A DNA stretch of 64,000 bases, taken from positions 1,696,001 to 1,760,000 of the forward strand of contig OZ242011.1 in NCBI GenBank assembly GCA_965204755.1, given 5' to 3'. Below, piece by piece: positions 1-8,932 of this stretch. The stretch is from Candidatus Marinacidobacterium sp. GTDB taxonomy: Bacteria; Acidobacteriota; Vicinamibacteria; Marinacidobacterales; Marinacidobacteraceae. Both the position numbers and the translations under genes were made by a program. The notes beneath the pieces were generated by a model. That model had not been told where the DNA came from. It did no database searches and worked only from the letters and a program-made list of their open reading frames with translations. Numbering within the stretch: the first letter of the stretch is position 1; each line of letters starts with the position of its first letter.

Positions 1-160
1 GCGGCCCGTAGAGGACGACTCCGCTCGGCGGCGCTTCGCCGCGGTCCAGTTGGGCGAGCAGCGCCCGGAAGAAGTCCTGTTCCTGCTCGCGTCCGGCCAA
101 GTACGGCGGGAGGCCGCCGGGTCCGGGACAAAACGGGCCCAGACCGATCTCGGAGCGCAC
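1..160 (-). CDS. N-terminus of an AAA-type P-loop ATPase, truncated by the window edge
   Basis: Not in the ORF track. The minus strand from GTG at 160 reads VRSEIGLGPFCPGPGGLPPYLAGREQEQDFFRALLAQLDRGEAPPSGVVLYGP, matching the PF.P.PG..PPYLAGR...LYGPRGNGKT start of the paralogues at 22328 and 23525. A TACACT -10 box lies 7 nt upstream. Confidence 0.85.
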   Translation of the reverse strand, partial: MRSEIGLGPFCPGPGGLPPYLAGREQEQDFFRALLAQLDRGEAPPSGVVLYGP

Positions 161-237
161 GAGAACCAGTGTAGACAGCCGGCTTCCTTCCGCAGGAGAC
201 CTCCGAAGAGCGCGACGACCGAGGAACCCTTCGCGCC

Positions 238-759
238 GTGGTGGCCTCGCGCACGGACCTCCCCGGCGTACGATCCCCCCGCGTGCCCGACCCCCCTGAA
301 ACCGGCGCCGAGCGGGAGGAGATGGAGGCCCACATGCGGCGGGCGCTCGACGAGGCGCGGCGGGCGGAGGCGAACGGGGAAGTTCCCGTCGGCGCGGTCG
401 TCGCGCGGGGAGGAGAGGTGCTGGCCGCCGCCGGGAACCGGGTGGTCGCCGACGAGGATCCGACCGCGCACGCCGAGGTGCTCGCGCTCCGCGCCGCCGC
501 CAAGCAAGCGGGCAACTACCGGCTCGACGGCGCGGACCTCTACGCCACCGTCGAGCCCTGTCTCATGTGCGCCGGAGCGATCGTGCATGCCCGGATCCGC
601 CGCGTCGTTTTCGGCGCGCCGGAGCCCAAGTTCGGTGGAGTAGAATCGCGGGTTGCACTGGAGCGAATCGGCCTGCCGCACCGGTTCTCGTCGGTCTCCG
701 GGGTTCTCGCCGACGACGGGCGCGAACTCCTGCAGCGCTTCTTCCGTTCCCGACGGTAG
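238..759 (+). CDS. tadA: tRNA adenosine(34) deaminase
   Basis: EVPVGAVV, DPTAHAE and TVEPCLMC zinc-deaminase motifs, FFRSRR C-terminus. True start may be ATG 322. Confidence 0.92.
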   Translation: MVASRTDLPGVRSPRVPDPPETGAEREEMEAHMRRALDEARRAEANGEVPVGAVVARGGEVLAAAGNRVVADEDPTAHAEVLALRAAAKQAGNYRLDGADLYATVEPCLMCAGAIVHARIRRVVFGAPEPKFGGVESRVALERIGLPHRFSSVSGVLADDGRELLQRFFRSRR

Positions 760-793
760 CCGGCGCGCCGACCCGCTCCGCCATGCGCGACCC

Positions 794-886
794 GGAGAGG
801 TACCGAAGTGGCCGTAACGGGGGCGCCTCGAAAGCGCTTTGTCCGGTGAAGAGCCGGGCACGTGGGTTCGAATCCCACCCTCTCCG
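794..886 (+). tRNA. tRNA-Ser(CGA)
   Basis: Acceptor stem GGAGAGG/CCTCTCC plus discriminator G, anticodon loop CT-CGA-AA, long variable arm, T-loop GGTTCGAATCC. CCA not encoded. Confidence 0.95.
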
Positions 887-1847
887 CGCGCGCCGACCGA
901 CGCCGGCGCGCTCGATTCGAGTCCTCGCGGCTGCGGCGCTCGCGGCCGCTGCCGGAACCGCCGCCGCCGGAACCGCCGCCGCCGCGCCGCCCGCCCGCCC
1001 GGCGCCGGCGAGCGGCGCCTCGCTCACCGTCGCGACCTGGAACATCGCCTGGTTCGGCGACGGGGACGACGACGATGTCCTCACCGGCAACCTCCAGGGC
1101 GGCCGCCACCTGCGCGGCGCCGCCGACCTCGACCGCCTGCGGGCCGTGGTCGCCCGGCTGGTCGGCCTCGGCGTGGAGGCGGTCGGCCTCCAGGAGATCG
1201 AGAACTTCGCCGCCGCGCGCCGCCTCTTCCCCGAGCCGGAGTGGGCGCTCTTCGTCTCCCGCCGCAACCCGGCGCCCGAGTGGGCGCAGCGCACGGCGAT
1301 CGCGGTCCGCCGCGCCTCCGGCTGGCAGGTCGAGCGCCACGCGGATGTCCTCGAGTGGTCGCCGCTGGGCCGAGACCGCTACGGCGTGGACCTCACCCTG
1401 ACCCGCGGCGGCGAGCGCGTGCGCCTGCTCACCGTGCACTTCCAGTCCGGCTGCCACGGGGCGGCCCTGACTTCCGAACGCCGGCAGTGCGGCTTCCTCC
1501 GGATGCAATTCGCCGTGCTCAAGGGCTGGCTCCACGAGCGGTTCCTCGAACGGACGCCGGTGGTCATCGCCGGCGACTGGAACCGATTCCTCTCACGCGG
1601 CGAAGAAGGCGACGACGCCCTGTTCCCCGGCGAACCGCTGGTGCTCCCGGAACCCGGCAGTTCCCCCCGCTGCTGGGACGGCCACTTCGACCACTTCGTG
1701 GACCACATCGTCGCCTTCGACGCCGGCGGCGGACGCCCGGCCTCGCGGCGGTTCGAGGAAGTGCGCTACGAGGCGCCCTTCTCCCGGCGCGACCGCTACT
1801 CCGACCACTGCCCGCTGGTCGCCGAACTCGCCTTCCAGGCCGAATAA
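846..1847 (+). CDS. Secreted endonuclease/exonuclease/phosphatase family protein (start uncertain)
   Basis: TVATWNI, GLQEIE, IAGDWN, VDHI and SDHCP motifs, Ala-rich signal-like N-terminus. The nearest in-frame canonical start (GTG 846) lies inside the tRNA. Confidence 0.8.
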   Translation: MKSRARGFESHPLRARRPTPARSIRVLAAAALAAAAGTAAAGTAAAAPPARPAPASGASLTVATWNIAWFGDGDDDDVLTGNLQGGRHLRGAADLDRLRAVVARLVGLGVEAVGLQEIENFAAARRLFPEPEWALFVSRRNPAPEWAQRTAIAVRRASGWQVERHADVLEWSPLGRDRYGVDLTLTRGGERVRLLTVHFQSGCHGAALTSERRQCGFLRMQFAVLKGWLHERFLERTPVVIAGDWNRFLSRGEEGDDALFPGEPLVLPEPGSSPRCWDGHFDHFVDHIVAFDAGGGRPASRRFEEVRYEAPFSRRDRYSDHCPLVAELAFQAE

Positions 1848-1953
1848 CCGAAGTCCTCCCGCGTCCGATTCGGGGAGCGGGAACGCCGCCTCGAACCGCC
1901 GCGGTTTTGCCCCGCGTTCCGGGGCCTCGGCTCGCATAAACTGATTCGTTCGC

Positions 1954-4900
1954 TTGCCTCGCCCGCCGTTCCCCCCGTTCCCCGTCGAAACGACGCTCCT
2001 CGGCGGCGGGCGGCTCCACTTCTGGGGCCCCGGCCGTCCGGCGGCGAAGGTCGCCGACTGGGTATTCCGCCGCGTCGGCGACCGTTGGCCGGGGGAGGCG
2101 CCGCCCCGCGCCGAAACGGCGAAAGCGACGATCGGGGGCGCGGCGCGGGAAGGCCTGACCCTCGAACCGCTGGCCGCGGCCGCGGCGCTCGCCGCCTGCG
2201 TCCCGCCGCCCCGTTCCCCGGACCGGCGCGGCGCTTCGCTGCGCTTCTGGGTGCTCGCGAACCGCTTCCTCCTGGCGCTCCTCTCGCGGGGCCGCTTCCG
2301 CCCCGCCGTCCGGGACCGGGCGCGGCGGAACGGGAGTCGGGGCGGGGCGGCGCTCTGGCTGCCGGACTTCGCCTCCCACCCCCGGGAACTGGACGCGCTG
2401 CGGCTGGCCGCGCCGGACCGGGCGTTCGCGGCCCCGGACCGGGAGCCGGCCCTCGCCGCCTACTTCACCGCCGCCGGCGACGCCATCGTGCGCGACGCGG
2501 CGCGCCGGCTCGGCGGCGCCGGCCGGTCGGCGCGGGCGGCGAGCGAACCGGTGGAGGCCGCGCTCGCCGACCTCCTGTCCCCGGAGTCCACCCGGCTCGC
2601 CGACCGGAACGGGGACGACCTCCGCCGCATCGCCGCCGCGCTCGGGGACCCGGCGGCGGGGGGCGCGGACGCCGACGCCCCGGAGTCGCCGGTGGTCTTC
2701 GCGCTCGAACCCCCGCCGGCCAGGGACAACGCCTCCGGCGGCCGCTGGCGCCTCCGGTTCGGGCTGGCGACGGACGGTTCGGGCGCGAACGGCTCGGCCC
2801 CGGAACGACCGGCGGGCGAGCCCGACCGGCGGAACGACGAACCGAACGACGGATCGAACGACAGGACGAACGACAGCGCCCTGCTCCCCCTCTCCGAGGT
2901 CTGGGGCACGCTCGACCCGGTGACGAACCTCCACCGCTTCGGCGCCGCCGACCCCGCGCTGCCGCTCCTCCGGGCGCTCGGCCGCGCCGCCCGCGCCTGC
3001 CCCCTGCTCGAACGCGGGCTGCGCGACGAAGCCCCGGAACAGGTGGAGATCTCCGCCGCCGAGGCCTACGAGTTCCTCCACCAGGGCCAGGACGCGCTGC
3101 GCCGCATCGGCTACTCGGTCCGGGTGCCGGAGGCGCTCGCCGGCAAGCGCACCCGGAAGCCCACCCTCCGCCTCACCATCCGGCCGGCCGGCAAACGCGG
3201 GGCGCCCCGCGGCCGGGTCGGCGGGGGAAGCCGCGGCGCCCGCGCCGGCCTCGGCCTCGACACGCTCATGGACTACCGCTGGCGGGTCGAGGTCGGCGCG
3301 CACTCCTGGAGCCTCGAGGAATTCCGGCGCCTCACCCGCGGCCGCCGCCGGCTGGTCCAAGCCGGGGACGAGTGGGTCGAACTCGACCACGACCAGGTGG
3401 ACCGGGTGCTCCACGAACTCGGCCGCCGCCGCGCGAGATCCGGCGGCCGCCCGCCGGCGCTCCGCGACGCCCTGCGCGAACGCCTGCTCGCCGGCGCGCC
3501 CCCCGCCCGCTCGCTCTTCGACGACGAGGACCTCCCCGCCGTCTCCGCGATCGAAGGCGAGAACTGGGTGGGCGAACTCTTCGCCGCGCTCGAAGCCGCG
3601 GCCAGCGAACTGGGGGAGGCGTCGCCCCCGTCCGGCCTCCGCACCCAACTCCGCCCCTACCAGCGCGTCGGCTACTCGTGGCTGCGGCTGCTCGCCGACC
3701 ACGGCCTGGGCGGCTGCCTGGCCGACGACATGGGCCTCGGCAAGACCTGCCAGGCGCTCGCCTTCCTGCTCGGCGAACAGGAAGCGGGGCGGCTGACCCG
3801 CCCCTACCTCCTCGTCTGCCCCAACTCGATCGTCGCCAACTGGCGCAAGGAGGCGGAGCGGTTCGCGCCCTCGCTCCGCCTCCATGTGCGCCAGGGCGCG
3901 AAGCGGTCCCGCGGCGAGGAGTTCGAGCGCCGGGTCGCCGAGAGCGACCTGGTGGTCTGCTCCTTCGGGATCACCCACCGCGACTTCGACATCCTGGACG
4001 GCGTGTCCTGGGGCGGGCTGATCGTGGACGAGGCGCAGAACCTGAAGAACCCCGGCGCCAAGCAGACCCGCGCCGTCCGCCGGCTCACCACCCCGGTCCG
4101 CTTCGCCCTCACCGGCACGCCGCTGGAGAACCGGCTCACCGACCTGTGGTCGATCATGGAGTTCCTGAACCCCGGCTTCCTGGGGCCGGAGCGCACCTTC
4201 CGCCGGGCGTTCACCGCCGCGGTCGAGGGCGGCCAGGACCCCGAAGCCACCGCCCAACTCCGGCGGCTGGTCAGCCCGTTCGTGCTCCGCCGGGTCAAGA
4301 CCGACCCCAAGGTCATCCGCGACCTGCCGGAGAAGCACCAAGCGCGGGTGTACTGCAGCCTCACCGGCGAGCAGGCGGCGCTCTACCAGGCGGCGGTGGA
4401 CCAGTGCGCGGAGCGGATCGAGGCCAGCCGCGGCATCACCCGCCACGGCGAGATCCTGCGCACCCTCACCCGGCTCAAGCAGATCTGCAACCACCCGGAG
4501 AACCTGCTGCGCACCGGGGGGCCGCTGGAGGGCCGCTCCGGGAAACTCACCCGGCTCACCGAGATCCTGTTCGAGGTCGGGGAGCGCGGCGAGCGGTCGC
4601 TGGTCTTCACCCAGTTCGCGGAGATGGCGCGCCTCCTCGCGGAACACCTCTCCGGCCTGTTCGACCGGGAGATCCCGGTGCTCCACGGCGGCGCCCCGGT
4701 GGCGGAGCGGGACGAGATCGTCACCGGGTTCCAGGAATCGGAGGACGCGCCCCCGGTGCTCGTCCTCTCCCTCAAGACCGGCGGCTACGGGCTCAACCTG
4801 ACCCGCGCCAGCCATGTCGTCCACTACGACCGCTGGTGGAACCCGGCGGTGGAGAACCAGGCGACCGACCGGGCGTTCCGCATCGGCCAGCGGAAGCGGG

Positions 4901-5079
4901 TGCTGGTGCACAAGTTCCTCTGCGCCGGGACGCTCGAAGAACGAATCGCCGACCTCCTGGAGCGGAAGACCGCGCTCGCCGAGTCGGTCATCGGCGGCGG
5001 CGAGTCCTGGCTCGCCTCCCTGGCGCCGCAGGCCTTCCGGAAGGTCATCGCCCTCGACCCGGAGGCGGTCGCCGAGTGA
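1954..5079 (+). CDS. SNF2-family helicase/translocase
   Basis: LRPYQ, CLADDMGLGKT, DEAQ, LTGTPLEN, GLNLT and QATDRAFRIGQ motifs. Confidence 0.93.
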   Translation: MPRPPFPPFPVETTLLGGGRLHFWGPGRPAAKVADWVFRRVGDRWPGEAPPRAETAKATIGGAAREGLTLEPLAAAAALAACVPPPRSPDRRGASLRFWVLANRFLLALLSRGRFRPAVRDRARRNGSRGGAALWLPDFASHPRELDALRLAAPDRAFAAPDREPALAAYFTAAGDAIVRDAARRLGGAGRSARAASEPVEAALADLLSPESTRLADRNGDDLRRIAAALGDPAAGGADADAPESPVVFALEPPPARDNASGGRWRLRFGLATDGSGANGSAPERPAGEPDRRNDEPNDGSNDRTNDSALLPLSEVWGTLDPVTNLHRFGAADPALPLLRALGRAARACPLLERGLRDEAPEQVEISAAEAYEFLHQGQDALRRIGYSVRVPEALAGKRTRKPTLRLTIRPAGKRGAPRGRVGGGSRGARAGLGLDTLMDYRWRVEVGAHSWSLEEFRRLTRGRRRLVQAGDEWVELDHDQVDRVLHELGRRRARSGGRPPALRDALRERLLAGAPPARSLFDDEDLPAVSAIEGENWVGELFAALEAAASELGEASPPSGLRTQLRPYQRVGYSWLRLLADHGLGGCLADDMGLGKTCQALAFLLGEQEAGRLTRPYLLVCPNSIVANWRKEAERFAPSLRLHVRQGAKRSRGEEFERRVAESDLVVCSFGITHRDFDILDGVSWGGLIVDEAQNLKNPGAKQTRAVRRLTTPVRFALTGTPLENRLTDLWSIMEFLNPGFLGPERTFRRAFTAAVEGGQDPEATAQLRRLVSPFVLRRVKTDPKVIRDLPEKHQARVYCSLTGEQAALYQAAVDQCAERIEASRGITRHGEILRTLTRLKQICNHPENLLRTGGPLEGRSGKLTRLTEILFEVGERGERSLVFTQFAEMARLLAEHLSGLFDREIPVLHGGAPVAERDEIVTGFQESEDAPPVLVLSLKTGGYGLNLTRASHVVHYDRWWNPAVENQATDRAFRIGQRKRVLVHKFLCAGTLEERIADLLERKTALAESVIGGGESWLASLAPQAFRKVIALDPEAVAE

Positions 5080-5879
5080 CCCTCCCGGACTTGCCCTGGT
5101 GGGCGGCGGACTTCGCCCGCCCGCCGCGGGCCGGCCGGGTCGGCGCCGACCTCCCCGCCGGGGCGGAGGCGGCCGACTCCGGATTCCCGCGCGGTTCGGT
5201 GACCGTCGAGCCCGGCGCGGCGATCGCCGAAGTCTCCGGGCGCCGCTTCCGGACGACCACCGCGCGGCTGACCGCCCCGACCCTCACGCGGGGCCAGTGG
5301 GAGACCCTGTTCCGCCTCTTCTCCGAGCAGGCGCTCTACCCGGCGGCCCTGCTGGCCGGCTACCTGCCCCGGAGCGCCCGCAGCGACCTGTCCGGGAGAG
5401 GCGTCCGGCTCCTCCCCCCGGCGAACCGCGTCGCCCTCGCGCCCGCCGACCTCCCGGAGGAAACGCGGATCGAGGCGCGTCAACTCATCGCCCTCCACTT
5501 CGCGGCGGACCCGTTCCACCTGCTGCACTTCCGGGGGCGCGACCGCGCCGCTGTCCTCGCCGGCATCTGCCGGGGCTGGAGGACGCGCCGCGCCGGGCCG
5601 GCCGACGGCAACGGCGCCGCCATCGGGCTCGACGAACTCGAAGCGATCCTGGGGAACGGCGTCCCGGCCGGCCCGGCCCCGGCTCCCGCGTCCGACGAAG
5701 GGGAAACCGCGGCGCTGTCCGCCCCGCTCCGCCCCCTGCTGCTCCAGGTGCAGCAGGCGGAGGCGTTTCGGGGCGACCCGGTGCTGCGGGCGAAACTCTC
5801 GCGGCTCTACACCAAGGTCACGGAACGAGCCGCCGCCCTGGCGCCGCGCCACCGCGCGGAGTCCCCGCGGTCGCGCTGA
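5076..5879 (+). CDS. SNF2 partner protein, SWIM-family-like but lacking zinc ligands
   Basis: GTG overlaps the SNF2 stop (GTGA). LLAGYLP and DPFHLLHFRGRDR resemble SWIM partners of SNF2 genes. Confidence 0.65.
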   Translation: MTLPDLPWWAADFARPPRAGRVGADLPAGAEAADSGFPRGSVTVEPGAAIAEVSGRRFRTTTARLTAPTLTRGQWETLFRLFSEQALYPAALLAGYLPRSARSDLSGRGVRLLPPANRVALAPADLPEETRIEARQLIALHFAADPFHLLHFRGRDRAAVLAGICRGWRTRRAGPADGNGAAIGLDELEAILGNGVPAGPAPAPASDEGETAALSAPLRPLLLQVQQAEAFRGDPVLRAKLSRLYTKVTERAAALAPRHRAESPRSR

Positions 5880-5883
5880 CCCC

Positions 5884-6882
5884 TCACTCCGGCGGCGCCC
5901 ACCGCTCGGCGGCGCGGATCGCGTCGCGGCGGGAGAGGAACCAGACCAGCCCGAGGCAGACGCCGAAGAAGAACCCGACGGCGTGCGCCCGGTAACTGAC
6001 TTCCGGGCGCACCGAAGTGGGAACGAGCACCAGAAGCGAGAACCCGACCACCCGCACCAGCCGCTTCACCACCGACAGCCGCCGCTCCACCAGCACATAG
6101 AGCGTCAGGCAGGCGCCGGCGAGCAGGTACACCATCCCCGACGCGCCCACCACGCGGATGTTCGGCGGGTAACCCTCGAGCGTCACCGCCAGCGCCAGCG
6201 CCCCTACCGGCAGCGCGCCGCCCGGATAGAGGCTCGACCCGAACGCCCCGTACGCGAAATACACCAGCAAGGTGAGCAGCACGCTGTTCGACAGCAGGTG
6301 CAGCGCGTCGGCGTGCGCCGCCATGGAAGTGAAGAGCCGCCACACCTCGGCCCGCCCGAACACGGTCTCCCCGCTCGCCGGCAGCGCCCGCGCCCAGTCC
6401 GGCGGCCCCCACCAGTAGATCGCGCTGAACGCCGCGGCGAGCCCCAGCGTCCAGGCCACCGCCCGCACCGCCCCGGCCTTCGGCTTCCGCGACAGCAGCG
6501 TCGAAACCACGAACGCCCCCGCCGCCGGCGCCCCCGAAACGCCCGCCGGCGGCGCCCCCGGCCCGGCGGACTCCCCCTCCCACCCGGCGCCCGGCCGAAC
6601 TTCGTCCGCCGGCCCGCCCCGATCCCCGTCCCGCTCTTCCCGGGTGAACTCCTCGTCGAACTCCCCCGCGAAACCGTCCGCGCCCTCGGCCTCCACGGCC
6701 TCGTAGAACTCGTCCTCCTCCTCGTCGAGTTCCTCCTCGTCCTCCGGAAACAACCTCCCCGGCTCCTCCACCCACTCTTCGGCGGTGTACGCCTCCTCTC
6801 CCTCGTCCTCCGCTCCGCCGAACCAGTCCACCTCCCGAACCTCCGGCGCCCCGCTCCGCGCCTTCCGCCGCCTCCAACGCAT
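5884..6882 (-). CDS. Rhomboid intramembrane serine protease with acidic N-terminal extension
   Basis: WRLFTS..AH...HLLSN, GASG (catalytic Ser), AHAVG (catalytic His), multiple TM helices. Confidence 0.88.
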   Translation of the reverse strand: MRWRRRKARSGAPEVREVDWFGGAEDEGEEAYTAEEWVEEPGRLFPEDEEELDEEEDEFYEAVEAEGADGFAGEFDEEFTREERDGDRGGPADEVRPGAGWEGESAGPGAPPAGVSGAPAAGAFVVSTLLSRKPKAGAVRAVAWTLGLAAAFSAIYWWGPPDWARALPASGETVFGRAEVWRLFTSMAAHADALHLLSNSVLLTLLVYFAYGAFGSSLYPGGALPVGALALAVTLEGYPPNIRVVGASGMVYLLAGACLTLYVLVERRLSVVKRLVRVVGFSLLVLVPTSVRPEVSYRAHAVGFFFGVCLGLVWFLSRRDAIRAAERWAPPE

Positions 6883-6933
6883 CTCGCCCGCGCGGAGTAT
6901 CCGCCGAAACCCGCCCCCGGCGGCGGCGCGGAC

Positions 6934-8118
6934 TCAGTCCACGCCGAGCAGCGCGATCCGCTTCAGGTATTCGTCGAACATGGGGACGGTGAAAGCGGTC
7001 TTGCCGTACTCCGGCCCGTAGATCATCCCCTTGCGGATCAGGTTGGCGCGAGTCGGCCCCACCGAAGTCACCTTCCGGTCGAGAGCGCCCGCGATGTCCC
7101 CGGAGCCGTGCGGCCCCGGGCCCAACTCCGCCATCGCCCGGAGATAGCGCTTCTCCGCGGTGGTGACGCGTTCGAATCTCATGCGGAAGAAACCGGCGTC
7201 CAGCGACGCCCGCGCCTGCTCGGTGGCGACGCGCACATCGGCGACGGTGATCGGGCTCTCGGACGCGGCGTCCCAGGCGCGCTTGCCCCATTCCTGGAGG
7301 AAGTAGGGATAGCCCGCGGTCTGCCGAACGATCTCCCGCACCGCTGCCGTTTCGTAGCGGACCTCGTGCCGCTTCGCCGGCGCCCGAAGCGCGAGCCCCG
7401 CCGCGCGGGCATCGAGCGCGCCGACTTCCCGGAAAACGAGGAGTCGCTCCGAATAGGACTTGGCCTTTCCGGCGCGGCCGATGATCTGGGGCAGGCCCGC
7501 TCCCACGAGCACCACCGGCAGGCCGCGTTGGGACACCCGGTGGAGCGCCTGGAGGAGCGCGGCGAGTTCGGCGCGGGGGACATAGTGGAGTTCGTCCCAG
7601 AGGAGAGCGAGCGCGCTGTCGCGGGCGCGCGCAGCCTGCCCCACCGTCTGCAGCAAGTCCCCGAGGTCGAGGGAAAGGTCCCCGCTGTCGGCGAGCCCGG
7701 CTTCGGGCGTCGTTTCCAGTCCGAATTCCACTCCCTCGAAACGAACTTTCATCGCGCCGACGAACCCGCGGAGCGCCTGCCAGGCCCGAGTCGCCGTGGC
7801 TTCGGCTTTCGCCCGGACGCTCATGCGGAGCAGCACCGCCTTGAGCGAAGGGGCGAGCAGGGACGGAAGGGGTTGCCGTTCGGAAGCCTCCAGGGCGACC
7901 GTGAAAATCCCCGTCGCCTCCGCCCGTTGCTCGATGTGGTTCAGCAGCACCGTCTTGCCGACTCCCCGGAGCCCGACCAGGACCAGACCGTTCGCGGCCA
8001 GCCCGGCGCGGGCCCGGTCGAGAGCCACCCGGACCTCCCGGAGCAGCGGCTCGCGCCCGGCCAGTTCCGGCGGCGGCGTCCCGGCGCCGGGGGCGTAGGG
8101 GTTGACGCCGGAATTCAC
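6934..8118 (-). CDS. AAA-type ATPase with C-terminal winged helix
   Basis: NPYAPGAG..PPELAGRE, Walker A GLRGVGKT, Walker B LLWDE, C-terminal wHTH-like RANLIRKGMIY...FTVPMF. Confidence 0.88.
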   Translation of the reverse strand: MNSGVNPYAPGAGTPPPELAGREPLLREVRVALDRARAGLAANGLVLVGLRGVGKTVLLNHIEQRAEATGIFTVALEASERQPLPSLLAPSLKAVLLRMSVRAKAEATATRAWQALRGFVGAMKVRFEGVEFGLETTPEAGLADSGDLSLDLGDLLQTVGQAARARDSALALLWDELHYVPRAELAALLQALHRVSQRGLPVVLVGAGLPQIIGRAGKAKSYSERLLVFREVGALDARAAGLALRAPAKRHEVRYETAAVREIVRQTAGYPYFLQEWGKRAWDAASESPITVADVRVATEQARASLDAGFFRMRFERVTTAEKRYLRAMAELGPGPHGSGDIAGALDRKVTSVGPTRANLIRKGMIYGPEYGKTAFTVPMFDEYLKRIALLGVD

Positions 8119-8119
8119 G

Positions 8120-8734
8120 GTTGGATCGAGTTTACCCCGGTTTATCGAAAACCGATAAACCCGCCTAAACTCGCTATAACTTCTCCGGGAGGGGGCGGCC
8201 CCGGTTCGGCGCGGCGGGGTCTCGCCGGGGCTGGGGCGCTCCCGCCCCTTCCCCGCGGGAGCCTCCGTCGGCCGGGAGATGGCTCCGGTTATACGAGGTT
8301 TACCCCGGTTTATCGAAAACCGATAAACCCACCTAAACTTGCTATAACTTCTCCGGGGAGGGCGGTCCCCGGTTCAACGCGGCGGAGTCTCGCCAGGAGT
8401 TGGGCGGCGGTCGCGCTCCCCGCCCGGGTCTCCGTCGGTCGAGGCTGGCCGCGCTCCGTCGGCGGGAAGGTCGCTCCGGTTATACGAGGTTTACCCCGGT
8501 TTATCGAAAACCGATAAACCCGCCTAAACTTGCTATAACTTCTCCGGGAGGGGCGGCCCCCGGTTCGGCGCGGCGGAGTCTCGCCGGGGGTTGGGCGGCG
8601 GTCGCGCTCCCTTCCCGCCGGGGCCTCCGTCGGTCGAGGCTGGCCGCGCTCCGTCGGCGGGAAGGTCGCTCCGGTCATACGAGGTTTACCCCGGTTTATC
8701 GAAAACCGATAAACCCGCCTGAACTCGATACGAC
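8120..8734. repeat. Tandem array of four ~61-bp AT-rich dyad elements (periods 168/191/195 bp)
   Basis: Core GTTTACCCCGGTTTATCGAAAACCGATAAACCC starts at 8130, 8298, 8489 and 8684. The GC-rich linkers are homologous to each other. Confidence 0.95.
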
Positions 8735-8932
8735 TCGACTTCGGCGCGGCGTTCTCGGGGCGCCCCGCAACGGTTTCGCCGGGCGGGGCGGGAACCGACC
8801 CGGCTGCCGGGCCGGCCCGGGATGGGGTTCGGCGTTCGGGCTCGAACGAACGGGGAGCGCGTATCCTCCCGCCCGTTTCCCCGCTGCCCGGTCCTGCGCG
8901 AGAGCCGCGGCCCCCCACCCACGCCTGCCACC

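Noticed and set aside
794-886. tRNA-Ser as an integration site
   Set aside because: No integrase and no duplicated tRNA 3' end found in the window.
2832-2875. 12-bp GAACGAC-containing tandem repeat in the SNF2 gene
   Set aside because: In-frame linker expansion (NDEPNDGSNDRTND) with no further signal.
1564-4911. Very long antisense or alternative-frame ORFs (also most of 14514-18131 and 37978-41286, and 51705-53294)
   Set aside because: Shadow ORFs expected at this GC content; they overlap genes with clear motifs.
5983-8517. Long ORFs crossing the repeat array (repeating YTRFTPVYRKPINPPKL)
   Set aside because: Antisense to the rhomboid and ATPase genes; the peptide repeats only reflect the DNA repeat.
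8120-8734. CRISPR array
   Set aside because: Linkers are over 100 bp and homologous to each other, units are too long, and no cas genes are present.
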